From Moraxella nasovis (GTDB taxonomy: Bacteria; Pseudomonadota; Gammaproteobacteria; Pseudomonadales; Moraxellaceae): a stretch of DNA of 32,000 nucleotides. The notes beneath the pieces are model-generated. The model was not told the DNA's origin and made no database searches. It was given only the letters and a program-made list of their open reading frames with translations. Below, piece after piece: positions 24,993 to 32,000 of this stretch. The stretch lies in NCBI RefSeq assembly GCF_022701215.1, contig NZ_CP089976.1:1170001-1202000 (forward strand), in the 5' to 3' direction. The position numbers and the translations under genes are program-made. The number at the start of each line of letters is the position of its first letter. Within the stretch, counting starts at the first letter, position 1.

Positions 24993-25988
24993 TTAAAAAT
25001 GCTCCCAACCCTTTATATTAAAATCTAACGTTTGCCCTTGATAAGTTAATATTAACCCCTTATCCGCCACTATTTCCCCAATCGGATAAACCGTGAAATC
25101 AGGATAATGCTGCTCAAATAACGCCAGTTTATCAGGCGAGATGGTAAAGCACAATTCATAATCATCACCGCCATTGAGTTGATGTTGCCATTTTTGAGCA
25201 TTTGGCAATTTTTGCAGCAGTGGATTGGCCGGGATTTTTTCTAAATGCAAAATCGCTCCGACTTTTGAAGCTGTCAAAATATGCCCCAAATCTTGCCCCA
25301 AGCCGTCTGAGATGTCAATCATGGCAGACGCAAAACCACGCAAAGCCTGCCCCAGATGTAGGCGTGGCATGGGGTATTGCAAGGCGGTCATTAGCTCGTT
25401 TGACAAATTATCCAAGCTGTTTGGCGTGGCGTGTCCGTCTTTATCATGGTTGTTTTTATTGGGCGTGTCCAAAATTTGATGTAATGCAACACTTGCCGAG
25501 CCGATTTCGCCACTCACGCAAATCACATCGCTAACCTTTGCCCCATCTCTTGTTATCGCTTGTCCTGTCGGCACAAAGCCTAACGCCGTAACTGACACCG
25601 TCAAAACAGGCGAGCTTGTGGTATCGCCCCCAATCAATTCAACGCCAAACGGTGTGCAAATATCTGCCAAACCATTGGCAAATTGACGACAAAACTCATC
25701 ATTTGCCATCTGTTTGGGTAGCGACAAGCCCACCAAAACAGCATAAGGCGTAGCTCCCATCGCCGCCAAGTCGGACAAATTCACGGCGACAGACTTGAAA
25801 GCTACGGCATGGGGGCAAGTTTTTTGCACAAAATGCCGACCTGCCACCAATGTATCTAGACAGCTGACCAGTTCACAGTCATCTGGCACACGGCTTAATG
25901 CCCCATCATCGCCAATACCCAAAACCGTGTTTGGGTGTGAGCAAGTGGCATTTTTAAAATGCGTGTAGATTAGAGAAAATTCGGACAT
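24993..25988 (-). CDS. thiL: thiamine-monophosphate kinase
   Basis: 331 aa. MSEFSLI, GIGDD.A, the AIR-synthase-like fold motifs DLAAMGA.P and GGDTT, and the nusB-thiL-pgpA context. Confidence 0.9.
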   Translation of the reverse strand: MSEFSLIYTHFKNATCSHPNTVLGIGDDGALSRVPDDCELVSCLDTLVAGRHFVQKTCPHAVAFKSVAVNLSDLAAMGATPYAVLVGLSLPKQMANDEFCRQFANGLADICTPFGVELIGGDTTSSPVLTVSVTALGFVPTGQAITRDGAKVSDVICVSGEIGSASVALHQILDTPNKNNHDKDGHATPNSLDNLSNELMTALQYPMPRLHLGQALRGFASAMIDISDGLGQDLGHILTASKVGAILHLEKIPANPLLQKLPNAQKWQHQLNGGDDYELCFTISPDKLALFEQHYPDFTVYPIGEIVADKGLILTYQGQTLDFNIKGWEHF

Positions 25989-26005
25989 GGTGTTAATTTT
26001 AGTCT

Positions 26006-26031
26006 AAAAAAGGGCGAAAGATTTCGCCCCC
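26006..26031 (-). terminator. rho-independent terminator/attenuator between nusB and thiL
   Basis: On the minus strand: GGGCGAA-atct-TTCGCCC followed by T6, located 6 nt after the nusB stop and 18 nt before the thiL ATG. Confidence 0.7.
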
Positions 26032-26036
26032 TTGTG

Positions 26037-26588
26037 TTATTCACTTTCTTTTTTGGCTTTTTTATCCGCTTTATTGGCGGTGTATTCTAGCTCTCGCACG
26101 GCTTTGGCGTATCTGTCTAATATGGCATTGATGAATTTATGAGCGTCTGTTGCCCCAAAGTGAGTGTTTAGCTGTATGGCTTCATCTAATACCACTTTAT
26201 AGGGAATGTGCAGGCTGTGTTTTAATTCATACGCCCCAATCAGCAAAATCGCCTTTTCAATGGTGTCTAGCTTATCAAAATTACGGTCAAGATAGCCAGA
26301 TAATGCCATAATCAGCTCGTCTGCTTGGTCTGGGATATTTCTCATTAGCTCATGATAATATCCCAAATGCACGGTGTGCATGGCGTTCTCAGCTCTGGTG
26401 CGAGCAACAATGGTGTGTGGCTCATTCCCACCCAACAGATCACGACGTTCTTTGGCGAAACGATAATCGGTCAAAAGCCATTCATACAGACCCTGCACCG
26501 CAAAACGGCGAGCCTTGCGAATGGCGGTGTAGCTGGTTTTATAACCTGTGGCATTAAAATCAACTTCTTGGGGCGTTTGGTTTGTCAT
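26037..26588 (-). CDS. nusB: transcription antitermination factor NusB (with an N-terminal extension of about 20 aa)
   Basis: [13 protein letters not shown]....D..L......... and the helical NusB pattern. The ribH-nusB order is conserved. SD aagg. Confidence 0.9.
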   Translation of the reverse strand: MTNQTPQEVDFNATGYKTSYTAIRKARRFAVQGLYEWLLTDYRFAKERRDLLGGNEPHTIVARTRAENAMHTVHLGYYHELMRNIPDQADELIMALSGYLDRNFDKLDTIEKAILLIGAYELKHSLHIPYKVVLDEAIQLNTHFGATDAHKFINAILDRYAKAVRELEYTANKADKKAKKESE

Positions 26589-26785
26589 AACTTACCTTAA
26601 AAAATAATACTGCATTAAAATCATCTTTTAATGGGAATGATGGAAATTACCCAATCGGACAAATATTTCTTATGAAATATTTTATTTAGGGCGGAAGATT
26701 TTCCACCCCTACGGTTTTATAAAGCAAAATTTATTTACTTAAAATTTTAACGCTTAATTCGGTTAAATTTTAATGCTTAAAATGC

Positions 26786-27277
26786 TTAAATCGCCTTTAA
26801 CACACTTGCCATCTCAATGGCGGTCATGCCAGCTTCATAGCCTTTATTGCCTGCTTTGGTGCCAGCACGTTCAATGGTCTGCTCAATGTTTTCGGTGGTT
26901 AAAATGCCGTTGATGACAGGAATGTCGTGATGAAGAGCAACCTGTGTCAAACCCTTGGCAGACTCGCTTGCCACAATGTCAAAATGCGGTGTCGCCCCAC
27001 GGATAATCGCACCAAGCACCACGATGGCATCAAATTTGCCTGTGCTTGCCAGACGTTTGGCGGTTAGGGGTAGCTCAAACGCCCCCGGCACACGCACCAC
27101 TGTGATATTCTTGCCTGATACGCCGTGGCGAATGAGTGCGTCCAACGCCCCTTCTACTAGGCTTTCTACCAAAAAGCCATTAAAACGACCCACAGCGATA
27201 CCGATGCGTAGGTCTTTATTATCGTCTAATGCACCGTCAATATTTGTGATGTCGGCATATTGTGTTTGATAGTTCAT
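26786..27277 (-). CDS. ribH: 6,7-dimethyl-8-ribityllumazine synthase
   Basis: Start taken at ATG 27277 (MNYQTQ...). [30 protein letters not shown] and [10 protein letters not shown] are canonical RibH. Confidence 0.9.
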   Translation of the reverse strand: MNYQTQYADITNIDGALDDNKDLRIGIAVGRFNGFLVESLVEGALDALIRHGVSGKNITVVRVPGAFELPLTAKRLASTGKFDAIVVLGAIIRGATPHFDIVASESAKGLTQVALHHDIPVINGILTTENIEQTIERAGTKAGNKGYEAGMTAIEMASVLKAI

Positions 27278-27353
27278 GATACTTGCTCGCCAAATTGAGT
27301 GATAAACCAATCATTATAGCATGATTTTAGCGGTTTGACACTTGGGGGCGACA

Positions 27354-28112
27354 TTATAGTCGCACCGCAATGCCTTGGTTTGCCATAAATTCTTTGGCTT
27401 GTCTGATGGTGTAATCGCCAAAATGAAAAATGCTTGCTGCCAATACCGCATCTGCTTTACCAAGCAAAACCCCATCTGATAGATGTTGTAGATTGCCCAC
27501 ACCGCCTGATGCGATGACAGGAATGGCGACACGCTCGCTGATGGCACAAGTGAGTGCCAAGTCATAACCTGCCCGTGTGCCGTCTCCGTCCATGCTCGTT
27601 ACCAAAAGCTCGCCTGCCCCACGTTCTGTCATCTGTACTGCCCAGTCAATGGCATCAATGCCTGTGGGCTTGCGACCACCGTGAGTAAAAATCTGCCAAC
27701 GACCATTGCCAACTTGCTTGGCATCAATAGACGCCACAATGCACTGACTGCCAAAACGGGCGGCAGCATCGCTGACCAAATCAGGATTGGTGATGGCAGC
27801 AGAGTTAATGCCGACTTTATCCGCCCCTGCATTTAGTAGGTTGCGAATGTCGTCAATCTTACGCACGCCACCACCTACGGTGAGTGGAATAAAGATGTTT
27901 TTGGCGATTTGCTCTACCATGTGGTAGGTCGTATCTCGTCCGTCTGATGTGGCGGTGATGTCCAAAAAGGTAATTTCATCTGCCCCATCGTCATTATAGC
28001 GAGTGGCGACAGCGACAGGGTCGCCTGCGTCTTTGATGTCCACAAAATTGACACCTTTGACGACACGACCATTCTCAACATCAAGGCAGGGGATTAGGCG
28101 TTTGGCTAACAT
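27354..28112 (-). CDS. hisF: imidazole glycerol phosphate synthase cyclase subunit
   Basis: Start taken at ATG 28112 ([20 protein letters not shown]). DEI.FLDITA, GGG, SIDAK, GG....G.D..W, GAGE.L.TSMD.DGT..GYD and ASGG.G are canonical HisF. Confidence 0.95.
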   Translation of the reverse strand: MLAKRLIPCLDVENGRVVKGVNFVDIKDAGDPVAVATRYNDDGADEITFLDITATSDGRDTTYHMVEQIAKNIFIPLTVGGGVRKIDDIRNLLNAGADKVGINSAAITNPDLVSDAAARFGSQCIVASIDAKQVGNGRWQIFTHGGRKPTGIDAIDWAVQMTERGAGELLVTSMDGDGTRAGYDLALTCAISERVAIPVIASGGVGNLQHLSDGVLLGKADAVLAASIFHFGDYTIRQAKEFMANQGIAVRL

Positions 28113-28223
28113 AATATTTTCCAATTAACGTTAAATAAAGCTATTATACCTTAAACTTTGGTAAATTTAATCCAGTCAAAAAGTTGATTGTTATCATAAG
28201 TATAACCTAACAGTAAAAAACAG

Positions 28224-28252
28224 TTGCATTTTAGAAAAAAGCCACTTACAAT
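28224..28252 (+). promoter_or_regulatory. putative sigma70 promoter for gltIJKL
   Basis: -35 TTGCAT (28224-28229), 17-nt spacer, -10 TACAAT (28247-28252), about 45 nt upstream of the gltI ATG. Confidence 0.5.
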
Positions 28253-28297
28253 GATTTTTGCGCAATTTTACCATCCTAACTAAAAAAGGATTTTAAT

Positions 28298-29251
28298 ATG
28301 AAAAACTTATCTAAAGTTGCAATCTTAGCAAGTAGTATTGCATTGATTAGTGCTTGTGGCAATCAAGACAAACCTGCTGAATCTGCAGCAGATGCCACAG
28401 CTACCACGGCGACATCAACTCAAGGCACGCTTGATAAAATCAAAGAATCAGGCACGATTGTGCTGGCTCACCGTGATTCTTCTATCCCGTTTTCTTATAT
28501 CGCTGACAACCCAAATCAGCCAGTTGGCTATGCACACGACTTACAGCTTAAAGTTGTAGAAGCACTCAAAGAGCAGCTTGGCATGCCTGACTTAAAAGTG
28601 CGTTATAACTTAGTGACTTCTCAAACTCGCATTCCGCTTATCCAAAACGGCACGGTGGATTTAGAATGTGGCTCAACCACAAACAACACTGAGCGTCAAG
28701 GGCAGGTGGATTTTTCGGTGGGTTTCTTTGAAATTGGTACTCGCTTGCTTGTCGCTAAAGGTTCAGACATCAAAGATTTTGCCGACCTAAAAGGTAAGAC
28801 GCTGGTAACCACTGCTGGCACGACATCAGAGCGTTATATCAAGCAGTATAATGACGAAAATAAGCTTGGCATTAACATTGTGTCTGCCAAAGACCATGGC
28901 GAATCTTTCTTGATGCTTGAAAGTGGACGTGCGGACGCTTTTATGATGGATGATGTGTTATTAGCAGGCGAGAAAGCCAAGGCTAAAGATCCTGAAAAAT
29001 GGGAAATCGTTGGCACACCACAGTCTTTTGAAATTTATGGCTGTATGGTGCGTAAGGGCGATACAGAATTTAAAAAGGTAGTAGATGATACCCTAAAAGG
29101 TGTGTATGCTTCAGGTGAGATTAATGACATTTATGGCAAGTGGTTTACCGCACCAATCCCACCAAAAAATGTTAACCTAAGTTTCCCAATGTCAGACAAC
29201 CTAAAAACCTTGCTTGCTCATCCGCATGACCAAGCTGAACCACAACAATAA
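28298..29251 (+). CDS. gltI: glutamate/aspartate ABC transporter substrate-binding lipoprotein
   Basis: SD aagga. Lipobox LISAC. A long colinear match by eye to E. coli GltI (GTLDKIK..G.IV..HR.SS.PFSY, IPL.QNGT.D.ECGSTTNN.ERQ, DIKDFADLKGK, SAKDHG.SF..LESGRA.AFMMDD.LLAGE.AKAK.P..WEIVG, NPIPPKN.N). Confidence 0.88.
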   Translation: MKNLSKVAILASSIALISACGNQDKPAESAADATATTATSTQGTLDKIKESGTIVLAHRDSSIPFSYIADNPNQPVGYAHDLQLKVVEALKEQLGMPDLKVRYNLVTSQTRIPLIQNGTVDLECGSTTNNTERQGQVDFSVGFFEIGTRLLVAKGSDIKDFADLKGKTLVTTAGTTSERYIKQYNDENKLGINIVSAKDHGESFLMLESGRADAFMMDDVLLAGEKAKAKDPEKWEIVGTPQSFEIYGCMVRKGDTEFKKVVDDTLKGVYASGEINDIYGKWFTAPIPPKNVNLSFPMSDNLKTLLAHPHDQAEPQQ

Positions 29252-29276
29252 CTGTGGTTATATCGGTAAAACCATT

Positions 29277-29306
29277 AAAAACCACTCAATTTTTGAGTGG
29301 TTTTTT
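29277..29306 (+). terminator. intra-operon hairpin plus T-run after gltI (partial terminator/attenuator)
   Basis: Stem ccactca (29282-29288) / tgagtgg (29294-29300) flanked by A5 and T6, between gltI and gltJ. Confidence 0.65.
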
Positions 29307-29332
29307 GGATAAAGCAGACTAAAGGATTTGTG

Positions 29333-30073
29333 ATGAATTACACTTGGAATTGGGGAGTGCTGTGGCAATCCACAGGCATTGGTACCGAAGTTTATTGGCA
29401 ATGGCTATTGGTTGGCTTTGGCTGGTTATTGGTGGTGGGTTTTTCTGCTTGGGTGATTGCTCTTGTGGTGGGTAGCGTGCTTGGTGTTATGCGTACTTTG
29501 CCTAATAAGATGGCAAATACCATTGGTGCAACGTATGTTAATATTTTTAGGAATATTCCCCTACTTGTTCAGCTGTTCTTTTGGTTCTATGTATTCCCAA
29601 CGCTTATGCCAGTCGCTTTAAAAGATTGGTGGTTCTCCTTATCGTTTAATGCGACAGCGGTTATCTCAGCCAGTATTGGCTTGGGGTTGTTTACAGCGGC
29701 ACGCATCACAGAGCAGGTTCGCACAGGCATTGAGTCTTTGCCAAAAGGTCAAGCCAACGCAGGTTATGCTTTAGGATTTACCACCGCCCAAAATTACCGT
29801 TATGTGCTATTACCCCAAGCCTTTCGTGTCATATTGCCGCCCATGTCATCAGAGCTGACCAACTGCTTTAAAAATGCGTCTGTGGCATCGCTTGTGGGGG
29901 TTGCAGAGCTCATCAGTCAGACAAAAACCATCAGTGAATATACCCAAAATAACTTTGAAATTTATACATTTACGACAATCATTTATCTACTGTTTAACCT
30001 TGCGTTAATTTTTGGCATGAACACGCTTGAGAAAAAAATCCGTATTAAGGGACAAATTGGGGGTGCTGTATGA
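29333..30073 (+). CDS. gltJ: glutamate/aspartate ABC transporter permease
   Basis: Start taken at ATG 29333 (SD aaagga at 29321-29326). Polytopic, His/Glu/Gln-family permease with an EAA-type loop (A.A.G....Q..R.V.LPQA.R...P). Gene order gltI-J-K-L. Confidence 0.85.
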   Translation: MNYTWNWGVLWQSTGIGTEVYWQWLLVGFGWLLVVGFSAWVIALVVGSVLGVMRTLPNKMANTIGATYVNIFRNIPLLVQLFFWFYVFPTLMPVALKDWWFSLSFNATAVISASIGLGLFTAARITEQVRTGIESLPKGQANAGYALGFTTAQNYRYVLLPQAFRVILPPMSSELTNCFKNASVASLVGVAELISQTKTISEYTQNNFEIYTFTTIIYLLFNLALIFGMNTLEKKIRIKGQIGGAV

Positions 30074-30741
30074 CGATGATGACCGAATTAAGTGCCGCTC
30101 TTCCTGCCTTAACTTCAGGATTTATGGTGACATTAAAAGTGCTTGTCTTGGCGATTGTTGGCGGTTTGTCAATTGGCACGGTATTGGCACTTATGCGACT
30201 GTCTGGTAAAAAATGGCTGTCAATCCCTGCTGCCATTTATGTTAATTACTTTCGCTCAGTGCCATTGCTGCTTGTTTTGCTGTGGTTTTATTTTGCTGTA
30301 CCGATGATCTATAACTGGATTACAGGCAAGTACTTTACCTTAGATACGGCATTTACGTCGTGTGTTGTGGCGTTCATGCTTTTTGAAGCGGCTTATTTTA
30401 GTGAGATTGTGCGTGCAGGGATTCAGTCTATTGGGCGTGGTCAAGTGTCAGCAGCTTATGCACTTGGCATGACTTATAAACAGACCATGCAGCTTGTTAT
30501 CTTGCCCCAAGCGTTTCGCAAAATGCTCCCTTTGGTGTTACAGCAGTCTATTATTTTATTTCAAGACACAACTTTGGTATTTGCCATAGGCTTAGTTGAT
30601 TTTTTCCGTGCGTCCTATGTGCGTGGCGACTTGATGGGTTATTTGACGCCGTATATTTTGGGGGCAGGGTTTGTGTATTTTGTGGTGAGTATCACAGCAA
30701 GCGAAGGTGTGAATGCACTTAAAAAACAGCTTAGATTTTAA
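30070..30741 (+). CDS. gltK: glutamate/aspartate ABC transporter permease
   Basis: ATGA overlap with gltJ. Polar amino-acid permease motifs (FEAAYFSEIVRAGIQSI..GQ..AA.ALGM....M..VILPQAFR...P). Confidence 0.85.
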   Translation: MTMMTELSAALPALTSGFMVTLKVLVLAIVGGLSIGTVLALMRLSGKKWLSIPAAIYVNYFRSVPLLLVLLWFYFAVPMIYNWITGKYFTLDTAFTSCVVAFMLFEAAYFSEIVRAGIQSIGRGQVSAAYALGMTYKQTMQLVILPQAFRKMLPLVLQQSIILFQDTTLVFAIGLVDFFRASYVRGDLMGYLTPYILGAGFVYFVVSITASEGVNALKKQLRF

Positions 30742-30812
30742 CTTTTGGGAATGTGACAAGGCGTGCCAATCGCATATCGCCTTTAGCGACTGTTTAAATG
30801 TAAGGATAAATT

Positions 30813-31631
30813 ATGGCAATTGTAGAACAAATTAACGAAACCACTTGGATTAATGAATTTGGCGGATTGGTATCAAACGAAGGTCATGCCTCTGATGAGA
30901 TGATGATTCAAATCAAGGATGTGAGTAAATGGTATGGTAGCTTCCAAGTGCTGACCGATTGCACCGCCCACATTCATAAGGGTGATGTGGTGGTGGTCTG
31001 TGGCCCGTCAGGCTCGGGTAAATCTACGCTGATAAAGACGGTCAATGGGCTTGAGCCATTCCAAAAAGGTGCAATTTATGTCGATGGCATCTCTGTAGGG
31101 GATAAAGCAACGAATTTAGCCAAGCTTAGAAGCCGTGTGGGTATGGTATTTCAACACTTTGAATTATTTCCGCACTTATCCATCAAGGATAATTTGACCA
31201 TCGCCCAAATCAAAGTGCTTGGCAGAAATGAAAGTGAAGCTGCCAAAAAGGGCTTGGCTTATCTTGACCGTGTAGGGCTATCTGCTCATGCCAACAAATA
31301 CCCTGCCGAGCTGTCAGGCGGTCAGCAGCAACGTGTCGCCATCGCTCGTGCCTTGGCGATGGACCCTGTTGCCATGCTGTTTGACGAGCCGACATCTGCT
31401 CTTGATCCTGAGATGATTCAAGAAGTGTTAGACGTGATGGTGGGGCTTGCCAAAGACGGCATGACAATGATGTGTGTAACCCATGAGATGGGGTTTGCAC
31501 ACCAAGTGGCAAACCGTATTATCTTTATGGATAAGGGTCATGTGGTAGAAAATTGCAGTCGTGATGAGTTTTTTGCTGGTGCAAGAAGCGACAGGGCAAA
31601 AGACTTTTTGTCTAAAATTTTACAGCATTGA
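30813..31631 (+). CDS. gltL: glutamate/aspartate ABC transporter ATP-binding protein
   Basis: SD aagga. Walker A GPSGSGKST, signature LSGGQQQRVAIARAL, and Walker B MLFDEPTSALD. Nearly colinear with E. coli GltL after an N-terminal extension of about 30 aa (an internal start at Met30/31 is possible). Confidence 0.9.
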   Translation: MAIVEQINETTWINEFGGLVSNEGHASDEMMIQIKDVSKWYGSFQVLTDCTAHIHKGDVVVVCGPSGSGKSTLIKTVNGLEPFQKGAIYVDGISVGDKATNLAKLRSRVGMVFQHFELFPHLSIKDNLTIAQIKVLGRNESEAAKKGLAYLDRVGLSAHANKYPAELSGGQQQRVAIARALAMDPVAMLFDEPTSALDPEMIQEVLDVMVGLAKDGMTMMCVTHEMGFAHQVANRIIFMDKGHVVENCSRDEFFAGARSDRAKDFLSKILQH

Positions 31632-31666
31632 TTTACTGCTTATGTCGCTGATAATAACTACCTAAT

Positions 31667-31695
31667 AAAAACGTGCTAAGATGGCACGTTTTTAT
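31667..31695 (+). terminator. rho-independent terminator of gltIJKL
   Basis: Stem aaaaacgtgc (31667-31676) / gcacgttttt (31684-31693), loop taagatg, T-rich tail. Confidence 0.8.
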
Positions 31696-31778
31696 TATCT
31701 AATATTTTGTGATGAGAAATATTGGTAAATCCTGCTAAAACCTTTTAAAATAACCATATCTAATTTTAAGGACAAATC

Positions 31779-32000
31779 ATGTCTGTTTACACCCATCTAT
31801 CTGAAGATGAATTTTTTGCGTTTTGTGGTTTGTTTGGCGTGCCGTTTAAAAAAGCCATTCCCATCACCCAAGGCATCAAAAATTCCAACTGGTTTATCCA
31901 AACCGACCACGACCAAGGCGATGAATTTAGCTTTGTATTTACGCTGTTTGAAGAGCGAGTACCTGCCGATATTATCAAAATGGCAACAGTCATGCATGCT
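31779..32000 (+). CDS. thrB: homoserine kinase (ThrB, Pseudomonas-type/APH-fold), 5' partial that runs off the window
   Basis: Not in the supplied ORF track because there is no stop before the window end. ATG 31779 with SD aagga. MSVYTHLSEDEFFAFCGLFGVPFKKAIPITQGIKNSNWFIQTD....FVFTLFEE follows the N-terminal pattern of type II homoserine kinases. Confidence 0.75.
   Translation, partial: MSVYTHLSEDEFFAFCGLFGVPFKKAIPITQGIKNSNWFIQTDHDQGDEFSFVFTLFEERVPADIIKMATVMHA

Noticed and set aside
21721-28297. Search for riboswitches (TPP near thiL or the permease, FMN near ribH) and for tRNA/tmRNA/SRP-like sequences in all spacers
   Set aside because: No conserved cores were recognised: no TPP ctgaga/acctga-type motif, no FMN aptamer, and no GTTCGAATC T-loop. 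ribH and thiL are internal to a co-directional gene chain with short spacers.

Overview
This window is mostly core genome from an AT-leaning gammaproteobacterium. Gene content and synteny (hisIE-tatABC, dusC, zipA, gltIJKL, a DUF4212 + sodium:solute symporter pair) fit Pseudomonadales/Moraxellaceae best; that placement is inference only. All family calls come from reading the translations, since no search could be run. I support about 36 protein genes. On the + strand: secreted hypothetical, hemerythrin-like, rpmI-rplT, pheS-pheT-ihfA, rpmE2, DUF4212-symporter, a small membrane ORF, zipA, an NCS1-like permease, gltIJKL and the 5' end of thrB. On the - strand: dusC, a UvrD-like helicase, tatCBA, hisIE, a porin, upp, glmU, a glutaminyl cyclase, and the chain hisF-ribH-nusB-thiL-orphan-pgpA. 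I recognised no rRNA, tRNA, CRISPR array, transposase, integrase or prophage gene, and I cannot show a multi-gene novel system here. The best candidates for novelty are local anomalies in a housekeeping background: (1) a very AT-rich orphan gene (24346-24963/25008) wedged between thiL and pgpA, encoding a 2-TM protein with a C-terminal zinc-ribbon-like domain; (2) a P-loop kinase gene that appears split into N- and C-terminal remnants (20619-20777, ~21781-21873) with a plant-type glutaminyl cyclase gene sitting between them in opposite orientation; (3) two ORF-free AT-rich regions of 0.65-0.85 kb (13343-14195, 16892-17565), the first carrying a C8T8 homopolymer tract and a long leader with a small uORF and a palindrome ahead of the symporter operon; (4) several short phased or tandem repeats in 5' leaders (upp, the permease). 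The canonical infC-rpmI-rplT-pheST-ihfA cluster is also rearranged, with no infC upstream and an oppositely oriented porin gene inserted.
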